DNA of 48,507 nt from the NCBI GenBank assembly GCA_032718475.1, contig JAUCBJ010006719.1, forward strand, positions 1 to 48,507. Direction: 5' to 3'. The notes below the pieces were generated by a model. The model saw only the letters and a list, made by a program, of their open reading frames with translations, searched no databases and had not been told where the DNA came from. The first letter of the stretch is position 1, and every line of letters begins with the position of its first letter. The translations under genes and the position numbers were made by a program. Shown piece after piece: positions 1-10,925 of this stretch. The DNA is from Nemertoderma westbladi. Taxonomy: Eukaryota; Animalia; Xenacoelomorpha.

Positions 1-528
1 GGGCCTTTAATTTCGGAAGTTCACCTTTCGATATCGTTATACAGTATATTGCAAAAACCCAACACCAAAGGTCACCATAAAATGTTTGAGGTTGATCAGT
101 ATTTATTCATGAATGTGGGTGATATGATAGGCCTAATGATAATATGCCGTAGCCGTGGGGTGTTGGGGTGCAGCCAGTGGTCAGCTGTAGCAAAGCTAGT
201 ATAGATTTCCACTGGTGCATGACTGTGAAAGGTTTAGTGGACTGATCAGGAGAGGCGGGGGGGGGGGGGGGGGGGGGGGGTGTTACTCGATAGATTCGAA
301 AGGAGATAATTTAGGTGCTCGGAATGTAAAAAAACATGTTTATGAAACAGTTGCTAGCTAGTGGGACCCATCAGGAATATACTGCACATTGGATATATTG
401 GAGATGTTTTATTGTATATAGGTCAAACATAGATAAATACAGTATACAGTAGGTCTAACTTGAGTATGGACAGTACTGTATGCCTAAGTCGCAAAGTGGA
501 TACTTTATTTGTGGAATCTTTACCAGCT

Positions 529-3500
529 TCAAGACAAGGTATCAAGAAAACGTTTTTTTAATTTATTTGCTAGGGCATTTTTAGATAGTGAGTTTTTAAG
601 TTCTAAGGGTAAATCATTCCAAATTTTAGGTCCTGTATATTTTATAGAATTTTGGGAAAGTTGTAAGCGGACACGAGGGACAAAGAACTTTTGTGTAGAA
701 GCAGAGCGCGTGGAATATTTGTGTATTGTACTTGTGTGACGGAATATTTTTTGCATGGTTTCAGTTTTCTTATGTTTGTTAATGTCGTACATAAATTTAG
801 CTACTTCTAGGTCAAATAATTTTTCTAGTGGGAGGATTTGTAGAGATTTATAAATAGGTGCTGCATGCGCTTGGTAATGGCTAAATGTTATTGCTCTGAT
901 TATCTTATTTATTTTTACTTTTATTTTCGACGTGTTATAGTTGTAGCTATTTCCCCACATTAAAATTCCGTACAGTATGTGAGGGTGAACTAGTGCAAAG
1001 TACAGGGTTCTCATAATGTGTAGAGGTAAAATGTGTCGCAATTTGAAGAAAATACCAGATAATTTGGATATTTTAGAGAGTATGTATTCACAATGAGTCG
1101 ACCAGTTAATTTTATTATCAATATATATACCTAAAAACTTAGTGGCGGTAGCTTCCGTAAGATTAGTGGATCGTATAGTGATGTTTGGTGTTATATAGTT
1201 CCGAGAGTTGTTAAAGATTATATATTCAGTTTTTTTAAGGTTTAGGGATAATTTATTGTCTATGAGCCAATTGTCTAATTTAGAGAGTTCCGTATTGACT
1301 GTCGAGATTAGTGTGTCAGTATTGCTATGGCAATAGAGTAAAGTTGTGTCGTCTGCAAAGAGTGTGGTGAAAAGTTTTGTGCAGAGCGGTAAGTCGTTTA
1401 TGTACATAAGAAACAAAATGGGACTTAATATAGCCCCCTGTGGGGTACCGCAAGGGGCCAAAGCTGGTTCTGAGGTAATACCATCAATAGAGACAATATG
1501 AGAGCGGTTATGTAAGAAGCTGCCTATAAGTTGCAATGGAAGTCCCCGTATCCCGTAACAATCTAATTTTTTCAGTAGTATGTCATGTGGAAGGGTGTCG
1601 AAGGCTTTCTTTAAGTCTACTGATATTAAACATGCAGAGCTACCGTTGTCAAGTGTTTCCTGTAGTTGTTCCGTAACAGTAAGAATAGCGTCCGTTGTCG
1701 TTATGTGTTTACGAAATCCGTGTTGACATGGTGATAACAGGTCGTATTTGTTTAAGAAGGTCAGTAATTGGGAATTGACTACACGTTCATATATCTTTGT
1801 GAATAAGGGTAATATTGATATCGGGCGGTAATTGTTTTTATCGGTTGGATCTCCGGATTTGAAAACTGGTATTATTTTAGCCTTTTTTAGAGCATCTGGG
1901 TAGAATCCATTTTTAATTGAAAGGTTAATGAGATAAGTTAGGTGAGGGGCAAGGCTGTGGGCAGCTAATTTGACCAATAAGACAGGAAACTCGTCAAAAG
2001 TTGAGACATTTTTGTCGATATCTAACAAAAAATATATTATTTCAGTTTCACTGGGTTCTATGAGTGAGAAAGAATTAAATTTATTATTTTTTACATAACG
2101 AGTTGGTTGCCTTTGTGATTTTGGTATTTTACTCGCTAATTGCGGCCCAATCGATGCAAAGTGTTTATTTAATATATTAGCAATAATAGATTTATCAGTT
2201 GTAGTTGAATCTAGTGAATCTATCTTGATTTTCACGGGGGACGATAATTTTTTGGATCTATGTAGTGCCGTATTTATTGTTTTCCAGGTTTTTTTGCTAT
2301 TGTTTTGATATTTCAGAAACTCATTTTCGTAATAACTTTTTTGGGCATTACGCATAATTTTTGTGAGAGTGTTTCGGTAGGTTTTATATTGTGAAAGATT
2401 TGTATCCGACGGGTTTGAGATGAAAGCAGTGTATAGTTTATTTTTCCTCCTTACACATTTGACCAAGTTAGTTGTCATCCATGGTTTTTTCGGAATTAAT
2501 TTCGGGTTTATTGTTTTTTTCGGCAAATGGTTGGCACAAATTAAATTAAAATTGTTGTAAAAAACTTGGAATTTTTCTTCTTTCAAAATAGCGTCATCAT
2601 TATATGTCCAATTTGAAGGATTATTTATGTCAGATAAGAATTTATCTTTAGTAAATTTATTATAATCATAAATTGATCGAGGAGTTTCAGTTTCGGACAG
2701 ATAAACGTCAAAAGAGTTGACAACAACAAATGTGGCCAAATGGTCAGAGGTTCCCATTTCTGCTAGAAAAACACCAGCTGTAACAAATTTATCGGTTATA
2801 TTGGTGGATATGTGGTCAATTAAGGTTTTTGAGTAAGGTGTTATTCTCGTTGCTTGTTTTATTAGCTGTTGGAATCCGTAAGTGCCTAATGTATTGTTAT
2901 AGGTTTTTGTTTTGTAATTTTGTTTTAAGGTATCAATATTGATATCCCCTGTTATAATTGTGTCGTATTTCGAGTCTGTAACTTTAGTAAGTAAATTATT
3001 AAGTTCGTCCGAGAATTTGGATTCAGTGCATGAGTCTGGGCGGTACAGCGTTCCTAGAAGTAGAGGTTTACGGTTAGCTCTCTCTGCTGTTAGCAGTACC
3101 CAAGAGGATTCGCACCCATCTACAGTAAAGTTAACATCAGTTGAGTATTGGATTCCCTGTTTTATGTAAATAGCGGTGCCTCCCCTATCACGCTTGCCGT
3201 ATTGTCTATTATTAATTATTGGTTTGTAGTATCCATCCAGTTGGAGCTGTGAAAGGTCTGTATTATCTGTAAGAAAGGTTTCAGAGAATGTAAGTATATC
3301 GAACTTTTTATTTAATAAATCCAGATAGTCTGAAGTTTCCTGTATATTTTTATTGAGACTGCGACAGTTAAGGTGAAACACAGTAAGTGGTTTTTTGTTT
3401 GTATTGTGCTGTGCTTGTTCTAGAAGGGAGTTGTAAGAGTCAGTGTTAAAGTAGTCCGAGCTATTGATGGAAGATATTATATTTCTGTCGGGGTCAATTG

Positions 3501-3858
3501 ATTTGAATTGATTATTTGAAGCAGAAAAGTCTATTGAATTAGTGTCCTCGGCCCCGTCAGAAAAAATATCAGTATCAGAGTTAGGGACATTATTAAAAGG
3601 AAAAATATCCAAGTAACAGTATATACAGTATGTTAGGATCGAATTTGTGTTAGACAATGGTAAATGCGCTAAATCGAGACAGGTCCCACAAGGATAGTGA
3701 TATAAATTTTGACATAGTGAGCACTTTAAGGAGGTTTCGGTGGGGGATACTATCGAGTAACAGAAGGTACAGGAAGGGGGATGGGGTGGTGGGGTAGGGT
3801 GATGCTGTGGCATTATAAGTGACGAAAGTAGCATGTGAAGGCCATAGGCTACCCACAA
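529..3858 (-). CDS. CR1/L2-group non-LTR retrotransposon ORF2: PHD finger + apurinic endonuclease + reverse transcriptase
   Basis: 1109-aa uninterrupted ORF. N-terminal C4HC3 (CTFC..CSLCQNLYHYPC..CIYC), APE motifs (HLNCRSL, FSETFL, GDINID, LIDH, SDH), RT motifs (NYRPISIL, DLKKAFD, GTPQGAILSP, LFADD, KFLG) and a CR1/L2-type C-terminus (LYFALVHPHILYGILMWG). The true start is probably the first ATG at about 3834. Confidence 0.96.
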   Translation of the reverse strand: MWVAYGLHMLLSSLIMPQHHPTPPPHPPSCTFCYSIVSPTETSLKCSLCQNLYHYPCGTCLDLAHLPLSNTNSILTYCIYCYLDIFPFNNVPNSDTDIFSDGAEDTNSIDFSASNNQFKSIDPDRNIISSINSSDYFNTDSYNSLLEQAQHNTNKKPLTVFHLNCRSLNKNIQETSDYLDLLNKKFDILTFSETFLTDNTDLSQLQLDGYYKPIINNRQYGKRDRGGTAIYIKQGIQYSTDVNFTVDGCESSWVLLTAERANRKPLLLGTLYRPDSCTESKFSDELNNLLTKVTDSKYDTIITGDINIDTLKQNYKTKTYNNTLGTYGFQQLIKQATRITPYSKTLIDHISTNITDKFVTAGVFLAEMGTSDHLATFVVVNSFDVYLSETETPRSIYDYNKFTKDKFLSDINNPSNWTYNDDAILKEEKFQVFYNNFNLICANHLPKKTINPKLIPKKPWMTTNLVKCVRRKNKLYTAFISNPSDTNLSQYKTYRNTLTKIMRNAQKSYYENEFLKYQNNSKKTWKTINTALHRSKKLSSPVKIKIDSLDSTTTDKSIIANILNKHFASIGPQLASKIPKSQRQPTRYVKNNKFNSFSLIEPSETEIIYFLLDIDKNVSTFDEFPVLLVKLAAHSLAPHLTYLINLSIKNGFYPDALKKAKIIPVFKSGDPTDKNNYRPISILPLFTKIYERVVNSQLLTFLNKYDLLSPCQHGFRKHITTTDAILTVTEQLQETLDNGSSACLISVDLKKAFDTLPHDILLKKLDCYGIRGLPLQLIGSFLHNRSHIVSIDGITSEPALAPCGTPQGAILSPILFLMYINDLPLCTKLFTTLFADDTTLLYCHSNTDTLISTVNTELSKLDNWLIDNKLSLNLKKTEYIIFNNSRNYITPNITIRSTNLTEATATKFLGIYIDNKINWSTHCEYILSKISKLSGIFFKLRHILPLHIMRTLYFALVHPHILYGILMWGNSYNYNTSKIKVKINKIIRAITFSHYQAHAAPIYKSLQILPLEKLFDLEVAKFMYDINKHKKTETMQKIFRHTSTIHKYSTRSASTQKFFVPRVRLQLSQNSIKYTGPKIWNDLPLELKNSLSKNALANKLKKRFLDTLS

Positions 3859-4240
3859 CCAACTTGTTCGTATGTTTGTTTGAAATAAAGAATTTGAGAA
3901 ATTAATATGAAATATAATGAAAGAAAATGAAAGGATATTATTATTGTGAAATTACTTGTTATTCTGAATGAAGCAGAGTGAAATATTAGTTCGAGTATGA
4001 CATTCAACATCCTGACATGAAGCAAGGAAAGATGAAATAGTGAACTAAGATGTAGTAGAAACACCAGTGATGTAAGACACATTTAGGACGATAAAAGTGG
4101 AATAATAAACCTAAATATAGACGACACATTGCAGATCATAAACCTATAGAGTGCATAACAGTTACACTTTCTAAATTAATCAATCTTAAGGCAGACAGAC
4201 AAAATACATAAGACTGCATAATAAATGAATAATATAATTA

Positions 4241-5131
4241 CTATTGGGATTCTTCTTCAAGGGAAATATATTGGTTGTCAGTCGACGTGGGGTGGGATCG
4301 TAGACCGGTTCGAGATCGGCTGAGTTGGACGCGTTGTTTCTTCCCCTTGTCCTTCGGTACTGGAACAGCTGTCGACTCGTCGTCACGAGATGTTTGCGGT
4401 TCACCCCCTGTCCCCCCAGAGATTGATTCGCTAACTGGGAGATCCATGCAGGATCGAATCTCCTCGTACGTGTCGGGGATGATGAGCGATTGAGGTTTCT
4501 TTGATCCCAGAACGTCCTCGATGTCCTCGAAGGTCGTAATCCTTATGTGTCGAGATTTTGCGGCCAGCTGTACGCTAATGTTGCCATTACGTGAGCCACA
4601 GCCATATATGATACCATCCGCACGGATCTTCCTAAGGAAGTTTAGCAAACGCGAGCGATAAATCGTAAGATGGTCGCTAATCTGAACGCCTTTAGGAACA
4701 TGTTTGATATTTGAAAATATTTCAGAACGCGGGGAATGGTACTTAAACTTAACAATAATTGGTGGTGGTCGTTTAGAACCAGGGCGTTGAGGGCCAAGTC
4801 GATGACAACCATCTACTGACTTCAATCCGTCGGAGACTTTTAGTGACTCCAAGATAGGTTCAATGATGTTTCGTACATCCTCAGGTTTTCCTGTGGAACG
4901 AATTTCGATACCGTGTAGCAGAATGTTGCATCTGCGTCGATATTGGTGTTCAGAGTCATTGTTTAGGAAACTGGCTGTAAGGAATTGTTGGTGTTCGTTA
5001 ATCTGCCTGCGTGTGCTTTCGCTTGCAGCTCTAGATATATCAATGCTGTGTTGCAGGTTCAGATAATTCGCCTCACTAGTTTTGCGTAGTTCAATTATTT
5101 CTCGGTAAACCGCGTCAAGTGTTATAGACAT
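4241..5131 (-). CDS. LINE ORF1 (coiled coil + L1-ORF1-like RRM/CTD)
   Basis: 296 aa with EHQYRRRCNILLHGIE, CHRLGP..PPIIVKF and ISDHLT motifs typical of CR1/L2-group ORF1. Same strand as ORF2 and about 380 bp upstream of it. Confidence 0.9.
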   Translation of the reverse strand: MSITLDAVYREIIELRKTSEANYLNLQHSIDISRAASESTRRQINEHQQFLTASFLNNDSEHQYRRRCNILLHGIEIRSTGKPEDVRNIIEPILESLKVSDGLKSVDGCHRLGPQRPGSKRPPPIIVKFKYHSPRSEIFSNIKHVPKGVQISDHLTIYRSRLLNFLRKIRADGIIYGCGSRNGNISVQLAAKSRHIRITTFEDIEDVLGSKKPQSLIIPDTYEEIRSCMDLPVSESISGGTGGEPQTSRDDESTAVPVPKDKGKKQRVQLSRSRTGLRSHPTSTDNQYISLEEESQ

Positions 5132-5354
5132 AGTTGAATATCGATATCAACTGGAGCCGGGGCTCGGCATTGTAGGACCGCGGTCAGTATGTAAAATGTA
5201 TGTTGGTTGCAGTAGGTAGGCCTACGGCAGTAACAGTGCTACATAGTGCTCAGTTAATCAGCGGACCGGTAATCATGTCCTAATACACGGTACGGTACCT
5301 CGTTGAACGGTTGCCAAACACCTCGTTGAACGGTTTCCTGATGCGACTCAGTTC

Positions 5355-5834
5355 ATGAAAATTGGCCACTGTGCTGCTTTACATGATGATGGAACCATTG
5401 TTGTCCTGGGAGCAGAAACCCGAGAATTGTTCATAAGCAACGTCGTTTGCTATGATAAATACAATACGAATACCAACGAACCTGAGAGATGGATTCTACG
5501 TAATGGCCTACCTTCTGTACAAGTCACGGATATTTCCCGCGCATTCAATACAGAGGTCCCTGGAATTCAACTAGTCAGAGAGCCGATTACATGTGGGAGG
5601 CAAAGAATTTATCGACCACAAGAAACGAGCTGTGCTTATGATTTCGAAACGGTGGGAGTGCTTGAGGGGTTAACAGCAAAGAACTTCATTGGGAATAATG
5701 GTCGGGAGGTGTCTACAATACATGTGGTGTCGGACCACCTCGGTGATCCTCGATTCTTGAGTAGGGACATCGCCTCTGGGTTCCAGAATCTTGTTGTGTT
5801 TTTGAGATTTTTGTTTAACAGAATAGAGGAATAG
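5355..5834 (+). CDS. Hypothetical protein or exon fragment with one kelch-like repeat
   Basis: GHCAALHDDGTIVVLG...NVVCYD...NTNEPERW resembles the kelch consensus GH.A..DG.IYV.GG...V.CYD...W. The rest is not recognised. Confidence 0.4.
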   Translation: MKIGHCAALHDDGTIVVLGAETRELFISNVVCYDKYNTNTNEPERWILRNGLPSVQVTDISRAFNTEVPGIQLVREPITCGRQRIYRPQETSCAYDFETVGVLEGLTAKNFIGNNGREVSTIHVVSDHLGDPRFLSRDIASGFQNLVVFLRFLFNRIEE

Positions 5835-5854
5835 GTAAGAATATTTATTTTCGC

Positions 5855-6266
5855 CAAAATATAGCAAGAAATAGCAAGATTATTCATAATTTTCTCACTG
5901 TACGGTATGTACGCAAAGAAAAAATGAAGCAAAAAGCATTAAGGTCTGTCTGGTCTAGTGGTCTTTATTGTAATAAATAGCAACCAACACTTAGTTGGTG
6001 TGATGATAATTATATGATACACCTTCACTGAAAAGAGTGAAATTAGTGAAAGAATGTCAAAAATAAACACCCAAAAGAACACTTTTTTGATAACTGCGGC
6101 GAGAAACAGCATGGTTTCTGTCAGGCTTGAAAAATAGCAAGAAATAGCAAGGTTTTTTTCAAATAACGCAAGAAATCCCTCATCACACAAGGTCAGATTT
6201 TTTTCACGCAAGACAACTTAAAATATAGCAAGAGCTTGCGTCAAAGTAGCAAGGTTGGCAACACTG
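5855..6266. mobile_element. One end of a hAT-like non-autonomous DNA transposon
   Basis: GTTGGCAACACTG ending at 6266 is the reverse complement of CAGTGTTGCCAAC, a common TIR start. Repeated subterminal TAGCAAG motifs near 5860, 5870, 6135, 6145, 6225 and 6247. No partner TIR is clearly seen. Confidence 0.45.
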
Positions 6267-6579
6267 GCTAGCTGGGTAGTCCAGGTAGCTCAAAATAACA
6301 AAGCTCATTCCCACAATGGGGCCTGGGCCAATAGTGGCCTGGCAGCCACGGTGATTGGTCTGAAGACCTCAATGAGTCCGTTGATATAAGTAGATTAGTC
6401 ATTAACATATATTAATTATATTATTATTTTTTTATTAATTATTACTTATTAATAGCTGTCTACTTTTATAAACATCCGGGAACTACACATTTTTTCCCCT
6501 GGAGCAGTTCACAAATTAAATATTGTAAACTTCATAATTGGTAAATTTTACAAATGAATTTGTGTCCTTTATGAATTTG

Positions 6580-7232
6580 TGTCCATTATTTGTGAAAGTT
6601 TACAAATTAATGTTTTGGTGTAGTTTCTAATATGTGTCAGTGTGGTATTATTGTCAAAAAGTAGTTGAAACTTTATGGTAGTTTTCAGCAATTTGTCAAT
6701 CTGGTAAACATAGTACAGAGTTTAAATATAGTAGAGAAGCTTATTTCAAATCTTGCATCAGACAGTATCAAGGACTACAATTTTGTAGAATTCCAGATCA
6801 TTTATTGAGAGAGATAACAAAAAAATTTCAAGAGAACAATCTATTGGTTGAGGATTCTGAAAATAGGTATTCTTCTATAACAAGAAAATATATAACAAGA
6901 TGTTTAAAAGAAATAAATTATGCTAAACATTACAAGAATGCTAATTTTATCTATCAAGTTATTACTAATAATCAAATAGACAATATTAGTCATTTAGAAA
7001 CAAAACTCTTATGTGATTTAATAGATTCATTGTGGTATATAATACACTACATATACAACGCAAGAACTTTCTCAGTTTACAGTACTTATTGTTTCAGTTT
7101 CTATGTAGGCCTGAACACCCCTGCAATATTGCAAATTTTACTATATTAAAAACAGAAAATGTTAAAGAGTTTCACAATAATATTTGCAAAATAATTTTTA
7201 AAATCTTAGGTTGGAAATTTACACCTATTTAA
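6580..7232 (+). pseudogene. Endogenous NCLDV late transcription factor VLTF3 (poxvirus A2-like), iridovirus-type, frameshifted
   Basis: From 6721: FKYSREAYFKSCIRQYQGLQFCRIPDHLL..ITRKYITRCLKEINYAKHYKNANFIYQVIT..ISHLETKLLCD. After a 1-nt shift near 7018: FNRFIVVYNTLHIQRKNFLSLQYLLFQFLCRPEHPC..FTILKT..FHNNICKIIFKILGWKFTPI. A decayed Cys-rich stretch at about 6580-6645 may be the zinc ribbon. In-frame stop at 6679. Confidence 0.85.
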
Positions 7233-7640
7233 TATGATTTAAATATTATATTATATTAATATTGTAAACTATATAGAATGCAAGTCATTATAAAAAAATT
7301 ACTTTAATTAACTTTCAATACCTCGGAGGTTTGTGTATTTGATAAACTTGCGATAAGAGAAAAAGAATAAGAGAAAAAGAATTATTGATTGTCTCTTATC
7401 TTTGATAAGAGAAAAAGAATTATTTCTCGCCGTTGCACTAAATATATAATGTAAGTAATTAAGAAATAAACACGAATATATATAATGCACTAATCTACTG
7501 AATAATCGCTAAATAACATTCTACTAAATAAAATTAAAGAAAACGATTATAATAAAATTACATAATAATACATACATAAATATAAAAATAATAAAAAACA
7601 GATATAAAATAATGTAGTCACACACCCACTCCAGACGCTG

Positions 7641-8975
7641 TTACGTTGGGGAGTCCCTAGATGTTTGTTGGATTAGGGAGGTGGTCGTGGGAAGAGTATC
7701 TTGCCTTCCATAGTTTCCGGATAGTTCTCTGTCTCTTTCCAGTAAACATAAACGACCAACTGGGCGATTGAGTTGTTGTGTTTCGAATACAATTCCAGGT
7801 TTCTTAAAGTTACGTCGCATGACGACGAGTTCTACCGATCGCACTAAACCATCATCGGATATATGAGTTTCGATGATACGACCTGTCTGCCACCGCTTAC
7901 GTGGAAGATCTGATTCCACAATAAGGACCATGTCTCCGGCGCTGACGTTTTCTTGCTGCGCAAACCACTTGGTTCGAAGTTGTAGCGTAGGCAGATAATG
8001 TTTTTCGAAATGGTCAGCGAAATGACAGGATAATAACTGCATAAGTTGCCAAGTTTGTCGGCAGTATTCGTCTCCGTCCGCGATTTCCGATTTTGGGAGC
8101 ATGGCTACAGGTTTCTTCAGTAGGAAATGCGCGGGTGTTAGCGCTTCTAGGGAGTCGGGACTCGATGAGACTGGCATAAGCGGTCTCTTGTTAAGATAGG
8201 CGGCGATTTCCTCCATTAACGTCCGCAAAAGTTCGTCGGTGAGATACGCGCGACAAGGCACTATAAAGTGAAATGCGGTCTTCACGCTCCTTATTAATCT
8301 CTCCCAACTTCCTCCCCACCAAGGGGCGTCGGCGGCGTTGAAGGTCAGAGCTAGATGCTGTTACCCTTAGCTGATCGTCCACCTGTCTTTTGTTCCAATC
8401 TTTAATGTAAGCATTGATCTCATTATTGGCGCCAATGAAGTTCGTTCCCTTATCAGATCTCATCGTGTTGCTAGTTCCAAAGCGAGCAATCTGTCGGCGT
8501 AAACTCAGTAGGAAGCTGTTGGTAGATAGATCGTTCACCATATCTAGATGGATCGCTCTACAAGTCATACAGACAAAGATGACACACCATCGCTTGACTA
8601 TATATAGTCCTAGCACGATATACTTCAATAGGGCCAAATAGATCCACACCGGTATTAGTAAAGGCTGGTTCATAGAAGCTTACTCGTTCCCTAGGTAATT
8701 CTGCCTCTCGCTGTGTTAAAGGCCTACTGAATGCTTTCCTACAGGGTATACAGATCCTAAGAACTTGGTTCAGAGCTCTACGGGGTTTATGGAAATAATA
8801 GCGAGTTCGAATTTCGCTAAGAACTCGTTCTCTACCAGCATGGTAAAGCCTACTGTGAACATCTACAATCATCTTGATTTGTATTTCAAGATTTCTAATG
8901 AGTATGGGAAACTTAGTGTCAAAGGATAATGGAGCATTAGTTAATCTCCCTCCAACACGTATTAACCCATCTTGT
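7641..8975 (-). pseudogene. BEL/Pao LTR retrotransposon pol remnant (integrase zinc-binding, core and DUF5641-like C-terminus)
   Basis: DGLIRVGGRL, H..LYHAG..CIPC, PAFTNTGVDLFGP, FVCMTCRAIHLDMV, MRSDKGTNFIGA, GGSWERLI, LNKRPL..LTPAHFL, YLPTLQLRTKW, DGLVRSV. Three frames joined by frameshifts. A purine-rich GGAGTGGGTGTG follows the stop on the minus strand (7621-7632). Confidence 0.93.
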
Positions 8976-10659
8976 AAAGTCCTCTACGGTAGGGGCTATC
9001 CCACGGCCTACAAGTCTACTAATATGAAGCTATAGAATATCTCTAACCGTAAAGTCCAGTAGTATACCGCTTACCAGATCCTAGTAACGATGTATCTTAC
9101 TGTGAGACTCTAGTACTGTAGTAATGAAACGGGCTCGTACAGTATCTGACAACAAATCCCAGTCCAGGATAGCTAAACAAACAGATACAATACACAAACT
9201 ACTACTGGCGAGGAGCAGAGCCTGGTGTCTATTCTATGTACGTGAGCGGGTCTAATGCCTACGAACTAGACAAAAGGATACCTGTCCTCTAACCGGTATG
9301 GCAGATGCACAGTTACAGTAATAGACCAAACTCACGGGAAAACAATCCCCGCGCAGCGAATCCTAACTATCGCTGACAGTCCTAAATACCGTAACTTGCC
9401 GCGGTGTGATTTATATGGTTTATATACGAGCTAGGTGGGTTACAGCCCTAGCGTTACAATACTGATCTCCCTGTCTGAATCAGTCTAAAAAAGGTCGTGC
9501 CTAATGTAACAATACCGCTGCTCTAGGCAAACAACAGTTTAATAACAAAATAATGAAATACTCCCTTGCCGTAACTAAATATCTGATCCTAATTTTACAA
9601 ATACGAATAGTAAATTACAGATAAATTCTGCCTAAAGTATTCTAAAGTGCGCTATAACTAGTAGAACTCTAAGGGTAAATATGTTTTAGGGCGTGTGTGT
9701 GTGGGTGTGTTACAATAAAACAATTTTGGTGTATATCATTTTACTAGGTTTTAGTAATTTTCTGACCGATTGTTGTAAGATAAGAAATAGGGATTAATTG
9801 CTACCGTACGTTAGCTGATCTGGTATACAAATTTGATTCTAGAACTTTGTTGCTGCGGTAGTTAGCAGCAATACCTATCAGTACGTGGCAAGGCGCGGTA
9901 GGATATTAATAAAACCTCCCTAGGCCAAGCGGTGTGCCAGTAGCAGAAATACTCCTTGCCTGATCAAATAACTAACTTCAGGCAGGGGGTGGGGGGGGAG
10001 GGGGGTACTAATGTATATTCTACAAAGCGAACCGGTACCAAACAGTCAGTGCTAACAAATCACTAAATTATGGAACGTATGCTGTCCGTACCTAATATGT
10101 ACTTGACGAATGGCAATAGCTCGCACCTATGAGGTATACAGGTAACCCAGGGATTTGCAGGACTGACAAAGGGGGGTTCTGCCTAGAATATAGTTATTTG
10201 ATCCTAAATTTTGCGGCGTCCAGGACGGCGTCACGCTTACCCTGATCTATAGGTCTTACGGCGGGCAAGGGCGTCAAACAAAGTCTTACCTTCCTCATAA
10301 AGCGGGCGCTGCATGGTAAGTTGGAGTATTTCGTAGGGCGAAGGGGGTGTGCGGTCAAATCTAATATGGGCGCTAGCGTGTTGTGGACATCCTTTCCCTG
10401 CGTTGCTGACGGCTTAACGGTCTAGGCTGCCATCTTCCTGATGTTTGGCTGTCCCAAAGTTGGACCAAAGAAAAACATGTTCAGGAGTTTGCAGTGTATT
10501 TAAAGTTTAGCAAAGATTTATCAAACAGATTTACAAAATAGTTTCAACAAGAAACAATTTAAGACGGTATAGTGAAGAGGTTAACTAAATACAAGTAAAG
10601 TGACGAGTTATACAAGAAGTGATAACTGAAGAAGGTACAATTGTGATAACCGAAGGCAA

Positions 10660-10810
10660 ACCAGCCCTTTATATACTAAATCTGGGACATAGAATTCGCT
10701 AGAACCTTCTAGAGTATTCCATGGCCTCACATTGGAGCAATAAGATGTCCTATGCCCTATGATTGGCCCAACTCATCGTTCGATATGTTGTACGCACCTC
10801 ATTGGCTTAC
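10660..10810 (-). promoter_or_regulatory. LTR-like Pol II promoter (three CCAAT boxes + TATA)
   Basis: Minus-strand CCAAT at 10801-10805, 10762-10766 and 10731-10735, then TATATAAAGGG at about 10665-10675. It points toward the BEL remnant. An ACA|...TTTGGTCC junction resembling an LTR end/PBS lies near 10480-10463. Confidence 0.45.
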
Positions 10811-10854
10811 CAATTTGTACCAAATGAAAATAAATTGCTCCAAAATGCAAATTT

Positions 10855-10925
10855 CCTGACCGGGATTCGAACTCGTAACCTATCTGTAATGTAACCAACG
10901 CCTTAACCATCTGACCACTACACCA
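10855..10925 (-). other. tRNA-derived sequence (SINE head or tRNA pseudogene)
   Basis: Minus strand TGGTCAGATGGTTAAGGCG (A box/D arm) and GAGTTCGAATCC (B box) at tRNA-like spacing. Acceptor and T stems do not pair fully. Confidence 0.55.

Larger units (their letters stand above)
1..5295 (-). mobile_element. Near full-length CR1/L2-group LINE (5' UTR, ORF1, spacer, ORF2, 3' UTR); ends approximate
   Basis: ORF1-ORF2 arrangement. No 3' tail or target-site duplication is recognisable in the window, so both boundaries are estimates. Confidence 0.8.

Noticed and set aside
257-280. Poly-G/C tracts (also near 9985, 44398, 47513, 47691)
   Set aside because: Simple homopolymers of unreliable length with no specific context.
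509-5066. Short plus-strand ORFs over the LINE and other long ORFs
   Set aside because: Antisense shadows of genuine coding frames.
7260-7620. 3' LTR paired with 10480-11400
   Set aside because: No visible identity between the two regions.
10855-10925. Functional tRNA gene
   Set aside because: Acceptor and T stems are mismatched and no clear anticodon arm is seen.
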